From Naegleria gruberi (taxonomy: Eukaryota), in the NCBI GenBank assembly GCA_000004985.1, contig GG738909.1: a stretch of DNA of 64,000 bases; one strand, written 5' to 3'. Shown piece by piece: positions 34,120 to 46,729 of this stretch. Numbering within the stretch: the first letter of the stretch is position 1; each line of letters begins with the position of its first letter. The translations under genes and the position numbers were made by a program. The notes under the pieces are model-generated. The model ran no database searches, was not told the DNA's origin, and saw nothing but the letters and a program-made list of their open reading frames with translations.

Positions 34120-34122
34120 TTT
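34117..34122 (+). terminator. Pol III T-run terminator (TTTTTT) at the 3' end of the 5S gene.
   Basis: T6 immediately after ...GCTGTAGTC. Confidence 0.5.
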
Positions 34123-34377
34123 CTTAAGAACAGAACTAAATGTAAGTTATCATATTCCTTCCGTTAAGTCTTGTCTTTTCACTCCTTAATTGCATATTTA
34201 TTTTGTAATGCGATCACACCGGCCAGAAATTTCATCATGAAAATTTTTTAGCCTTCAGAAAAAATTACTTGTCACCAAAACAAAAGAAAAATCAAGCAAA
34301 CTTGTTCACTCCAAGAAGAAGATCAAAGGTTAGCGATTTTGCAAGTGTAAATAAAGAGAACCAATAATAACAATAAC

Positions 34378-36228
34378 ATGAGAAAAAGAGAAGCATTGAT
34401 GGACGAGTTTTCCGATCCATCACCAAAGAAATTATTGGATGATGATGACGAGGAAACTTCTGATTTTATTGAACATAAGAAATCGACCAAGAAGAAGAGT
34501 AGTAGCAAGACAAAGAATCAACATAATAGAACATTCTCATCATCGAGTACGGGGAGTACAGGGAGTGGTGGTGGGGAAATGTAACTTTTGGATATGGAAA
34601 AAAGCAACAACACACAAGAACACAATCATCAACATCGAGTACAGGTTCTCCTGTTGGAGGAGGTTATCAATCATCGGGTATATATGATGGTGATTCCTCT
34701 CCTGTTGTTACATCAGATAATTATGATAATAATCGATTGAATTACTCTGCATCGAATAGTAATATTGATAAATACAAGGGAATAAGTTCAAGAGATATGG
34801 GAAAGGTTAATAGTATGCCATCAATTTCGGAATCATATGAAAATTCATCATCATCATCATACTCTAATGATCCACGTATTGGTACCATGAAGAATAATTA
34901 TTATGAACAGGCAAGAAAGAGACAAAACGAAGAGAGTGGTCCATACATTTTGCAAGTTATTGCCGATATGTTAAAGTATATTTATTCATCAATTACAGAA
35001 ACTGCCAATATTGGAGGATCTAGATTGACAAGTGCTGTCTCGGGAATGAATTTCAGACAGAATCAATCCAATGCAAACCCAAGAGCAGGAGGTGATTTCC
35101 CATCTCCAGAGATTTATTTAGAACCTGAAAAGAAGCAAATTTTGGAACAATTCAAAAAGTATTGCTCTAAAAAGTTCGATATTGAGAATGACAAGCATCA
35201 AAAACTGTTATTCTCACTCTACAAGTGTTGTACTCAGAAGAAGACTATTTTAACTGAGGGAGAACATTGGAAATTCTTGGGATTCCAAAACACAAAACCA
35301 GAAACTGGTAAGTAATCACTATTGTTCTTGTGTCATATTAATAATTATCTATTCAATCATGTTTCATAACTTTGCTTGTTCAATTTCATCAATAATTGGA
35401 TCGGAATAATTATTAATAACAGACTTTAGAGGAGCAGGTATTCTTGGGTTGAGAAATTTACTCTACTTCTCCAAACATTACAAGAAGAGATTCAAGAATT
35501 ACTTTGGAAAATGTACAAATGAGATTTCTGTCACTGATGATGGTACTTTCACAAGTTATCCATTTGTTATTGCTGGGTTGAATGTGACAATGTTGCTCTT
35601 GTCCTTCCTAGGTATTGGATTCCAAGCATCTAAGGTACATAATGTGACGGCCAAGAAGAATTTCATTGAACTTTTAACATCCGGAAGAGGAAAACCAGTT
35701 CTTGAAGAGGATGAAGACGAAGAGGAGGATGAAGATTCTACACCTGTAGTTACGGAAGGAACACTGCTTTCCTTTGATGACATTCCAGAACAAAAACCTA
35801 AAAAGAAGGGAATTAATATTTTGGATGATGAAATTTCACCTGTTGTGTGGGATAATAATTCTCTGTCGTGGGATGAACCAAATTCTGCCACTTCCTCGAA
35901 AAATGTTGCTGCTGGTAGTAATACTAAAAAGTCAACAGCTGGCACCAAGCTTGTTCCAGCTTCACCTGTAAAGATATCCCAAAAGACTGAAAAGAAGAAA
36001 AAGCCAAAGGCCAAGACTGAAACTCACCAATTTAATCTCGATCTTTTCAATGAAATGTATGTGGTCGGATTTACTTGCCTTCACAGAGAATGGCACAGAA
36101 CTAAGGCAACCTATTTTGATTTTGGACGTGTTCTTGATAATGCTCGTAAACATTTGGAAGATTTATTAGAATTGAGATTTAACAGTTTTGGAGATGTTAA
36201 GGAATTCAATCAATCATTGAAAAACTAA
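34378..36228 (+). CDS. ELMO-domain protein (ELMOD-like); join(34378..34580, 34619..35307, 35423..36228).
   Basis: - Exon 3 begins DFRGAGILGLRNLLYFSKHY after ...EGEHWKFLGFQNTKPET, the ELMO domain signature.
- Intron 35308-35422 (GTAAGT..AG, 115 nt, phase 1).
- Candidate 38-nt intron 34581-34618 (GTAACT..AG) restores frame between two diverged tandem Ser/Gly-rich coding repeats. Confidence 0.6.
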
Positions 36229-36341
36229 ACATTATTTTATTCTCTTCGTGATTTAACTCTTAACCACAAGCATGGACATGATTACTGACATGCTTTACAG
36301 CCTCATCATTTTGAAAGGAAATACGTTATTCGAACAAAACT

Positions 36342-36824
36342 TTATACACTCCTATTTACAGAATTTTCCAACCAATTCGAATTGGTGGAATCACAAATAC
36401 TCAACACCAAATATTCAAACTTGCTGAGCCATTTCATATTCAGGTGTTGTTTCCTTATTTTCTGAACAACATTTCGGTAGTGCAATGAACGAGCATTCTG
36501 TTTCTGTTCTTCCCTATCAACGTGCGTGTGTGAAGAATTCCTTCTCGTTGTCGTTTTTGTGGCCTTTCCTTTCGTCCAGTGCATGGCCAATAATCGTTTG
36601 ATGAGGATTTGTTCGAGTCTTGATGAGTGCTGTTGCTGTTTGATTGGCAAGTATGTTGCATCTGTTGATAATCTCCTTTCCAACTCTAAATCTTCGTCTG
36701 GATGTGATGAAAAGTTTTGTTGATGAGGACCTAGTTGAGTTGTGTGAATACTAATAGGAATTTCCATTACACTACTATCTTCCTCTTGTTGTTTAACAAT
36801 GGGACTAGTTGTTTCTATGGCCAT
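36342..36824 (-). CDS. Hypothetical protein (160 aa).
   Basis: ORF only. No motif recognised. Confidence 0.2.
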   Translation of the reverse strand: MAIETTSPIVKQQEEDSSVMEIPISIHTTQLGPHQQNFSSHPDEDLELERRLSTDATYLPIKQQQHSSRLEQILIKRLLAMHWTKGKATKTTTRRNSSHTHVDREEQKQNARSLHYRNVVQKIRKQHLNMKWLSKFEYLVLSICDSTNSNWLENSVNRSV

Positions 36825-37132
36825 AAATTCGAGATTTTCTTTTTAGTAATTTAATTTTGCAAGTCTCAGCTTGTTGAGGTATTTAAGGGAATTTCCAAAT
36901 ATGAACATCCCACTTGATGCCTCAATAATTAACAAGCAATGAAATGGCCATTATCAAGGATGCCCTGATGGACCATCTACTCCCTAATGGATCCGTTGCA
37001 AAACATGATGGCATTTTAGTTATCCGTTGAACATCAGATGCATTCAATGATTGGCATTTGATTTCATTCTCTCAATTGACTAGAAAATTGATAGAATTAG
37101 ATAATTGAAAACATTAAGTAATCTGATATGCA

Positions 37133-37615
37133 TCAAAGTTTGTGTTTTTGTTTTATTGAATGAGCATGTGATGGAAATGTCGAATCAAAGAAATCTTCAA
37201 TAAAAGTGACATGTAAGGCGTCATTCTTTTCTTCATGGTTTGGATGGTTAGGAAAATGATATTTGGATAATCTATGTTGGAGAAGAGCTGTCTTGAATTC
37301 TCTCTCTATTTCTTTGAGGGTTGATTTTGACATTTGATTGAGGAAAGTGTCAAGTGATGATGTGTTGGCATCAAATCTAGTTTTGATGTAATATTGTACA
37401 GTGTAGTGTCGCCACAGGGTTGGGTTACTTCTTTCAATTTCGTCTATTAGTAAAGAGTGATGTTTCACGATGAGATTCGAACTGATTTCGTCGGCACTAT
37501 TCGAATCTGAAATGCCACCATTCTGTTCTATCGAATAGTGTCCATAATGTTTCATCAGATTGGAAATCTGTTCATTCGATTCCTCATGATGGCAGTTAAC
37601 ATGCTTATTTCCCAT
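37133..37615 (-). CDS. Hypothetical protein (160 aa) with an MGNK N-terminus.
   Basis: ORF only. No motif recognised. Confidence 0.25.
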   Translation of the reverse strand: MGNKHVNCHHEESNEQISNLMKHYGHYSIEQNGGISDSNSADEISSNLIVKHHSLLIDEIERSNPTLWRHYTVQYYIKTRFDANTSSLDTFLNQMSKSTLKEIEREFKTALLQHRLSKYHFPNHPNHEEKNDALHVTFIEDFFDSTFPSHAHSIKQKHKL

Positions 37616-39481
37616 TGTTGTTTAGTTTTTTTCTATTGGGAATTTAAAAATTTTAAACATTCAACATCTAACAAAGGAGAACGAAAGTTGATTCATTGTT
37701 AGAAATGGATTCAAACAGTATTGCTTTGGTGTATCTGGATTGAAAGAGCTACATCTCTTTGATGACTATTTTTGGAAAGAATCAATAAAAGGCAATTTTT
37801 GATAGTAGGCGAAACTTTTAAACCCTATTCGAAATGAAGTGTCACATTGAAATTCATGACAACCCCCATCTCTGCTCCAAAAACATTTTGAAATATGTTG
37901 AGAATAATAAAATTGGAAGAAAATCGACAAAAATTTCAAATAGAAATTCGAAATTGATTTCTTTTCATTCTCTAAATGGTGTGTAAAAGATTTCAAAATG
38001 CTGATGAGATTGATTGAAATGGTTGTTGAGCATTAAAAATGCTATTCATTGTTCATGAATTTGCAATCTTGTTCAATTGGCAAGTTTACAATAATTTTGA
38101 TAAGAATTTAAATAGAATTTACATACACAGAAATATTATTTATTGAATGATTCTAATCTAGTACGAGAATTGAAACTTTCCCTTACGAGTTTGCTAATTT
38201 TCTGCTCCAAATCCAAATATTGAAATTTTCACATGCACTACTGTATGAAAATCCAAAAAAATTTACAACACATGCACGCATGTGAATGATCCTATCACTG
38301 CTTTCCAATCCCTTGAAAGGTTTTACATCCACACGTCTACACTTTTCCTATCAAATTTCATCAATTCTACTCATTTTCATCATTTTCAATAAAATTCCTC
38401 TCTTGTTTGCGCATGTAAAATTCAAAAAATTCAAAAAATTGGAAAACAGCAAAAGAAAACAAAAGAAAATTAAACATTATCAACTTGGAAGGAAATTTTT
38501 ACATTGTTCGGATCGTAACGTAATTGTCCTTGCATGGTTCTCTTCTCTCTTCGATGGAGAATATAGAAAACCAAAGCACATGGACAACAAAAGATGAAGA
38601 GCAATACCCAGACCCAAAATGGAAACTTTTCAATGTGTCCAAGGAATTTTCCCCTCTGTGCATTGGTGGTGGATGAAGCCATGATGATGATGTGATTCGG
38701 TCTAGCAATTGAGTGGAAAGTGGTTTGATTTTTTTTTTACTGAATTTTTGTTATGATTGACGAGTGAAGTGATGTGAAATGTCATTATAGGCATAATGAA
38801 TGATTCGGATAACCGAACTGTTTATTGGATGACACAATGTTAGATTGTTACCATGTTTGATTCATTAAATATATAATTGCAAAGAAGAAAGTACTATATT
38901 CGTCAACTCTTTTTTGTCCATAGCAAAGATGCATCGATATTAAGCCAAATGCAGAATGAAGAAAGTTTATTCAATGGAATATCACAGCAAGGCAAACAAC
39001 AAGAAAGTGAGTTACGCAGTCGAGACTCTAAGGTTTTGTTTCATTGACATTCCAAGACTTCCTCAACTTGGCGGAGACATGCTGGTGAATCCAACAAGAA
39101 ATGCCAAACTTGGAATATTCCGCGTATTGGTGAACTTATTCTCCTTAATAACTCGACTAGTATCATTTAAGGATGTGCATATATCCAATTTTATCCATCC
39201 TTAGCCCGCCTTTTTTTGCCGCCATTTAGCATTACCAAATCAAAAAAAAACTAAGGGATTCATCCTCCGTAGAGAACAATTTGCTGAATCAAAGGACCAA
39301 ACAAACAATTAAACTTTCTCAATAAAGTATACTTTAAAAAACAAACAAAAGTTATTAAGAGCATTAATATATTAGCTTCATCACACTAATATATTACTAC
39401 GCCTCTCATTATATATATATTAATTGTAATAAGCATCATTATCAAGAAAATTAAATAATATCTTTCTATTAAGGAATAATT

Positions 39482-41043
39482 ATGAAGGTATTGAAAAGAT
39501 GGATCAAGATGATACCCTCCGAGTCTTCCAATCAATGTGAATGTTGTTGTACGTTTGATAGTAGCAAGGGAAATAGTAAGAGTGTTCTTCCGGTGATGGA
39601 AAGCACTTCCAGTGCATCTTGTTATCGAGTCTCCTTTGATGATATGTTGTGTGAAGATGTCATTGTTATAATTTGTTCCTTCTTGGGAGCAGAGGAGTTG
39701 TGGAATAATACTAGAAGGGTGAATACGAGTTTTAGAAATCAAACAATGAAGGATAGATTGTGGAAGGAACTGTATCATTTGAGGTGGGGCAATTTGAATG
39801 AATCTCTTGTTGTCAATTCATGTGTCTATCATCAGCAGATTGAGGCATCAATTCCTTGGTGGCAGATATACATGCAAAGGTTTGTACTGTTTTTCACTAT
39901 CTTGTTAACAAATTATCTTTTGATTTTTCACATAGACACAAATGGTTATCGTTCGAGTTTAATACATTGGAAAGAAAGTGTCCAACACTGAATGTGATGG
40001 AGGAACTGTTCTGCTCTGTGAATTGTCTGGAAAGTGGGATGGCATTCTATGAGAGATTACACTCACTTGGCAAAATCGCAAGCGAATGTGGTCTCCACTT
40101 GATTTCACAGCAACAAACAAAGAATACCAAGTCACAAGCTTCCACCAATCCACTGTATACAGTCCCTAAATCCAATGTTGAAGAATGCGTCATGTTTTGT
40201 AAACTATTCCTCAAGGCCTATTATGGAAAAGCAACAAGTTATGTTCAAGGTCCCAGCAGACTTTTCTCTGCCTTACTAAATTTGCAAGTGATCTTTTTAC
40301 TAGTCCAATCGTATTCTATAAGTGGAGAATACGACAAGACAATTGCCTACTCGACAGAGTGTTTGGATGGCATCCACACTATTAAGCAACAATACTCATC
40401 AGAATCGACAAGCTCTGATGAGCTTATGATGAGTAAGATTGAGGAAAAGTGCATCTTCTACAGAGGTTACTCATCCCACAAGTTGGGACTCTTCACTCAA
40501 GCAGAGAGGGATCTTGAGGTGGCAGAATCCGTGTACTCCGTTTCATCATGTGCACAAGAAGAGTACTGCTCCCCAATAAGAGAAGGTACCATTAACAATT
40601 CGAGAAAGTACTACCACCTCATGAATATTCAATTCACACTCATTAATAACCATATCAAACTGAAACAATTCCAACAATCTTTAGAGTATTTCATCAAATT
40701 GATTTCACTCATGAGAAGTGCCACAGATAGCCAGCAAATCATTGGAAAGTCTTCCATAACCATTGAATCAATGGATGAGAAATCATGGAACCTACTCAAT
40801 TTGTGGTTTCCTGGATTGCCATACTTTTTCCTTGCTGAATTTCTTTACAAACAACAGGACTACTTGTCCTCCAACATTCTCTTTGAGAAATATAGCAACT
40901 ATGAGCAAGGAAGAAAGCTTTCCGTGCATAAGCATCAAAAACAAACACCACCATCCAATCCTTCCAAAGATAAGCAATTGGTTCATGCCATGAGCAGAAT
41001 TAATCAAATAAATTCTGTCATCCAAAGTGATCAAGAATATTGA
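39482..41043 (+). CDS. F-box-like N-terminus plus a helical-repeat hypothetical protein; join(39482..39879, 39936..41043).
   Basis: F-box-like segment LCEDVIVIICSFLGAEELWNNTRRVNTSFRN. Intron GTTTGT at 39880, acceptor AG at 39934-39935 (56 nt), phase 2, joining ...WWQIYMQ|RHKWLSFEFNTLERK. Confidence 0.5.
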
Positions 41044-41078
41044 TCCACAGAAGTATTTATTCCAATATATAATATTAA

Positions 41079-41743
41079 TTAATGTTTTTCAGAGAGACGA
41101 CGAATAGGTTGATGCTTGGCATGTTGAGCTTGAGCAATTGATTCAATAGTTTTGGTCAAATAGTCCAAACTTGTTGTGATATTTTGTTTTTCATCATCAC
41201 TACTAGATCCATAATTATTCAATTGTGTTACATAGAAATTCAAATGATCTTGAGGTGACTTGACAAGTAAATCAACCAATTTACTTTCATCATTCTCAGT
41301 CAACCACTTTTTATAAGCATCATTTGTTTGTTTTTCTCTTTCCAAATAGGAAAGAATTTTAGGAACTGAACTATAATATTGTTTATAAGGAGCCAACAAT
41401 TGTGATGAAACAGTTGAAAATAACGATCCAAATCCTGCATAATTATTCTTATTGGAAAAATCTTCCAATCTTGTCAAGGTGAAATGATGTAATTTTGTAA
41501 TAATATTTAAACTACTAGAAATATTATGAAGATAATTTTCTTCTTGATGATGTTCTTCGGATTGATGACAAACGGAATGAACAAGAGGTGAAGATTCCTC
41601 ATCAGCGAGTGGTAATAAATATTTCTAATAATATTTAGGATAAATCTTGGTCAATTAATATTGAAACTAACCTGTATCAAAGTATTGAGTTGATCAATGT
41701 AGGACTTTTCGGCTTGAATCAAAGTTTGGACAATTTCTGACAT
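41079..41743 (-). CDS. Hypothetical protein of about 205 aa (possible DH/RhoGEF-like first helix, weak); complement(join(41079..41624, 41672..41743)).
   Basis: Exon 1 encodes MSEIVQTLIQAEKSYIDQLNTLIQ. Intron GTTAGT..TATTAG, 47 nt, phase 0. Exon 2 begins KYLLPLADEE... The xxERxYVxxLxxLxxxYxxPL pattern is DH-like. Domain assignment is tentative. Confidence 0.45.
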
Positions 41744-41972
41744 TTTTTATTGGTTTTACTTTGTCATAAATCAATGTCAAATTTACAGAGCACCATTTTA
41801 GTGTTTTGGAGATAAAAATAATGCCAATAGATGTAATATCAAATTATTATTATTTTGTAATTCGTTCAACAAAAAACGTTAAATGATGAATTATTAGTTT
41901 TTTGTAACAATGCTAAAGCACAGTTGTTATGTAGACTGTATAAGTAGAGCATAGATTCAATCAACATGTATA

Positions 41973-42044
41973 TCCCGTGTAGTCCAATGGCTAGGATACC
42001 TGGCTTTCACCCAGGAGGTCCGGGTTCAATTCCCGGCATGGGAG
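41973..42044 (+). tRNA. tRNA-Glu (anticodon TTC).
   Basis: TCCCGTGTAGTCCAATGGCTAGGATACCTGGCTTTCACCCAGGAGGTCCGGGTTCAATTCCCGGCATGGGA folds as a cloverleaf. The 7-bp acceptor stem has one G-U pair and the anticodon loop is CTTTCAC. No encoded CCA. T-runs follow at 42051-42060. Confidence 0.85.
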
Positions 42045-42754
42045 GATAATTTTAGGTTTTGCCTTATTAATTTAAAGTGGGTTTGTCCAAACTACAGTTG
42101 TGTGTTTAAATTTTATTCAAATGAACAGAAATCCCCAGAACCTCAGAGTTCAGATATCGCAAACATGGATGATAGATAGCAAGACCAAATCTTGCCAAAA
42201 ACATTTTCACCTTAATAGGGATGTGCTCGGCAGGTCCTTATATACAAAATCCCCCTTTAGTCCATTAAATTGTCCAAACTGATTCAGTTTCTGAATAACA
42301 AAAACAAAATGAGAGCATTTGTGATTGTAGACGAAACCTCTAAAACCAAAGATCGATGCAGCAACCCACTCCCAAAGACAAAAGCACCCAACAAACGAAA
42401 AGCCACCCAACAACCAGATTATTGTCACAACATCTTTCAGTGGCATTCGGCACCCTCTAACTCGATGGTAAATAATTTCAACAACAGCAGAGAATCTACC
42501 ATGATGCATTCCAAATATCTTCCCAACAATGATGATACCTATTTTGATGACTTGTGGGAAGCATTCATGAATGATTAATTATATTGCTTCATTCTCAATA
42601 ATAAACTTTCCAAAGTAAGCAAAGCAGTTGTTGAAATTACCCAATCTTCAAGATTCTCCGGATTACTAAACTCAATAAAAGACAACAACTCTCTTCTCCA
42701 ATTTCACAAAGTTGCGCTTTTACGAAACGAAAAAAAGTAAGAACGGAGCAAATA

Positions 42755-44988
42755 ATGAAACGAGTCTCTCGAATTGGGATTGAAGGAGAGCAGCAACAAG
42801 AACCTCAGCAACGTCGACAACAACAACCACAAACATCAACAACAGAATTAGCATCATCATGTCCGAACCTACATGTATTAGTACAGCACCAACACCAGCA
42901 CCATAATCCAGAGAAGTATCTTGCTGTTACTACATGTACTAATCTTCATACTAAAAGTCCTTCTTCTTCATCGTCATCAACATATGAACATGAGCATCAC
43001 ACACCAGTAACAAACATTGTCATGCAACAAGCAACAATATCGTTACCTTCTTCACCAGTTGTGAATAACGAATCATCTTTACCATCAACATGTTCAGCAA
43101 GGATAACATTACATCCCATCTCATGTAAACGTTGCAAAAGTAGACATACTAGATGTGATAGAGTCTTACCAGCATGTAGTTATTGTTTAAAGAACAATTT
43201 CGAATGCATGTATGAGACTCCAAAAAAGTTAAGGAAGAATTTCAATGCAGAGTTTGTCGATCTGAATGAGAAGACATCAAGTAGCATGCATGCATCAATC
43301 ACACATCCACAACAACCCAAGTCCAAGTATAAGGTCTATAAGTTCAAGTTGAATACCAAAACTAAAGCTGAAGATGAGGAACCAATGGAAGAATGTGAAA
43401 AATATTGTGTAATTGATGATAAACCAATGTCAGCAAGGAAATTAGTGGAAGAACATTCTCATGTGATGGTGATGGTGATGGTGATGGTGATTCCCATAGA
43501 GAAAATGCTACTTTTGAGTTTAGAAATGAAATCAGACTCTTTGCAAAGAACTTTCTTGAATCATCATTGGATTATTATTCGAAACATATTTCGTAAGTTG
43601 AAGTATTTGATTGGAAGAAGTAGTTACCAAGTTGTATATATGGAAGGTTTGGGAATGACATTATGACAAGGGCAGATGTGTTGACTTTGTTGGACTTGAC
43701 AAACTCGGAAAGTTTACAATTATTCCCAGATGATTTGTTAGCACTAATGTATGCCTCACAAGCATTGATTCTGTATTTTAAGGAAGAATGGCGAGAGGCA
43801 GAGGAATACTACAACAAGTGCATTCAAATATTGGAAGATGAAACCGAATCAAATAGGCTTCTTTGTCTTTCTACCACTTTTGAGAATAGGACAATGTTTT
43901 TCACATCGAATAGAATGGATTCTCAGTCTCTGTTCTTGATAGGAACTAGGTTAATATTGTGTCAGTACAAATTGTCGATGGGAGATTTGAAAGAAGCTGT
44001 AAAATTTGTTAGATTGGCAGATGTCATGCTGGATGAAAGGTTTCCTGTATTTAAGGAACAAAGTTTTTTACCAATCAATGCTAATGAAATACCTCAAAAT
44101 CTATTTGATGGAATATCAAAGGAGGAAATTCTAATTATCAAAAAGAGGATTCATTGTGGAATGCTTTTGGATGAATTGAAATTCACACTGGAAAACCTAA
44201 AAGAATACATACAACCTGAATCAATGGTTTCCTCTCCACTTTTCAATAATCAATCATTCATACTGAAAGAAAGTAGTACTTTCCAATTTTCTTCATTTGT
44301 GAATAGATTTGTCTTTGGAAATTCAATAGATATCAGAGGTAGATGTAAATATGAACTGCTGTGTTTGTTGCAGTCCCCTAATGTGATTTTTAGGAATCAG
44401 ACTAATGTACCCTTCTTAATAATAGGAATAGCTGAGAATAATGTGAAACATTTGGAAGAAGAAGCTTTGGAACAATTTGGAATTGGAAAAGTACAAGCTA
44501 TTTCACTGAATGAATCATCAAGTCTAGATTTAAACGAGTTTAATCAAGTAGTATTCGTGTTACAGAAAATATACTTGACTAGTTGCAGTCTGCTTGTTCT
44601 CCACGAAATAATAATCAACAGCTCCCAACAATTTACACAACAATGTGATAGTGAAATTGTTGAAAAGTGTAAAATATGGAGGAGTGCCTTTGCAGACGAG
44701 CTTAGTGATTATTATGCACTACTACCAACAGAAACAGTAAATATTTGCTTATTGGTTGTGGCTGTGTTCGTGGTGGCAAACATTCATGCTGACCTGATTC
44801 GAAGAGAGCTGCTCAACAAAACTCCTCCGCCCGCGTTACTTGTGCGTAGAATGAGGAATGATTTTAGATTGCTCTCACTTTTAAAGAGAAAGTTTTCCAA
44901 CTGGTTTGGAAGTTATCATAATAAGTTGTGCGAGAATATAGAAAACTTATTGAACGAAATTGCAATACTTAATAAAGAAAATTTATAA
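42755..44988 (+). CDS. Zn(II)2Cys6 (GAL4-type, fungal-type) binuclear-cluster transcription factor, with an apparent 1-nt frameshift at about 43651.
   Basis: - CKRCKSRHTRCDRVLPACSYCLKNNFEC has C-x2-C-x6-C-x6-C-x2-C-x6-C spacing.
- The frame switches from 2 to 1 within a run of three G at 43651-43653. Four G would give ...YMEGLGNDIMTRADVL.
- (GTGATG)n hexanucleotide microsatellite at 43458-43490 encodes (VM)n. Confidence 0.6.
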
Positions 44989-45043
44989 GTATTTCAGAAT
45001 GATAAGATTTCCAACATGGTGTCATACAATGTGACACACGGAT

Positions 45044-46729
45044 TTAGTATCTATGATGATCTGAATCTCTTCCTGGAGTGTTATGCTCTTGAATTGAGGC
45101 AACATTGAAAAAATCTTCATTTTTGTTTCCTTCCTGTTGACTGGTTGTCTTCAGGTAAATCTTTTTCAGTAATCTTTTGAATACACCACCAATTAAGGCA
45201 AGTAAAATACCCAACAGACCTATTCCACAAATAATAAAGAATATCAAAAAGAATTTAGAACCTGAATTTTTCAGTTTAAGATCGCCATATCCAATAGTTG
45301 TTAGTGTAATAAATACAAAGTAGAGACTATCACCAAACACCCAATCTTCAAATGCCATAAAGATGAGAGCTCCAACAATGGAATACGTTGCCACTAGGAA
45401 GAAGAAATATACAATTTGACTAAGAGGATGTTTCACAATTACAGAAACAACTCGTTCTATCCTACTAGTCTTTCTTTGAGTGGAATTGAAACTGCATGAC
45501 ATGCAGAGTTTGATGAAGAATACTATAATATTGGAAATTAAGGTGAGGAAGGATTTGGTGTTTTGCATTAACTTTTTAAATAATACTCCTGTCATGGCTC
45601 CCATCGTTGCCAATCCCAAAATACCAAATAAAACTACAAATAGTTTTCCTGCAACTGTTTGAGGAACAACATCTCCATATCCTACAGTAGTAACTATTTA
45701 GACGAAAGTTAAAAGAATTGTATGATTTGAAATTAACTTACACGTCACAGTACTAAAATACAAGCAATTAGTATAATACCAATGGTCAATATTGAATAAA
45801 TCATAGGTAATGTCTGTCTCATTAGAGGAAGTGGTAACGTTATTAATGGTAAAGTTACTGGTCATTTGATTCAGGGTTTGAGCTTCATAGGTTCCCTCAA
45901 TTAACCAAATTGGAACACTAGCAACAAGGAGGAAGATGAAAATTGATACTATCAACAATAAGGCATAGCAACAATTCTTGGAGAATTGCTTACAGGTAAT
46001 ATCTTCCACTTGGAAATATTCATCAGCTGTGTTATGTCGAGTTCTTTCACTACGTTTGTGATATCTGGATTGGTAATATTCATGATCTACTTTCTTTTCC
46101 TTCCTAAAGCTTTGATTGGACAAAGCCATATACTCATACCTAGCATTTAGACTTTCAAATAAAAAGTCTGAAACATGACACATTGCCATGCAGGTTTCTC
46201 TTTCATCCAATTCATTGTACTGTCCTGTTGTCTTTTTCCACATTAATGATTCAATATCTGAAACATCTGCCAACACTGTTTGAAAAACATCAAAATTCGA
46301 TATCGTTACTTGATAGTCCTTTTTGAAATAATCTTTAGACAGGTATTGTCTCGCCACTACACAATATCTTCCATCAGGGTATTTAGCTCTAGCCACTAAA
46401 AAGTCATCCTGTTCGTCCACATAATTTATTTTCATCCTCCTTGGTGAAATTAGCCTCCTATTGTTACTACTAGTTCCATCTGTATTATCGGTATACAATG
46501 AATTCTTATCAATTTTGACACTAGACAATTCATAATTTCCTGTCATCATTGATGGGTCTTCCGACAATCGTATAGGCACAGAAAGTTCTGGTAACTCTCT
46601 TCTCGATGATGATATTGATGGTGGTAAAAGTCCATCTTCACTATAACTTGAATTCATCACCTGAATATCTGGCACTTCATACGAATCTTTATCTAACAAA
46701 CTTTCCGTTAATTCTTTTCTTGATGACAT
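45044..46729 (-). CDS. Two-pore-domain K+ channel (K2P-like) with a long cytoplasmic N-terminus; complement(join(45044..45693, 45742..46729)).
   Basis: Intron GTAAGT..AATAG of 48 nt, phase 1. Across it: ...YFSTVT|FTTVGYGDVVPQTVAGK (pore 1). The second selectivity filter is TLTTIGYGD. There are four or more TM helices. Confidence 0.75.

Noticed and set aside
35556-36014. A 152-aa poly-Ser antisense ORF within ELMOD exon 3.
   Set aside because: It is an artefact of the acidic, Glu/Asp-rich sense sequence, which gives a poly-Ser antisense reading.
43593-43603. A GTAAGT donor in the Zn2Cys6 gene with a phase-compatible AG only 11 nt downstream.
   Set aside because: An 11-nt intron is implausible. 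No other donor/acceptor pair fits. A 1-nt indel in the G run at 43651-43653 explains the frame change more simply.
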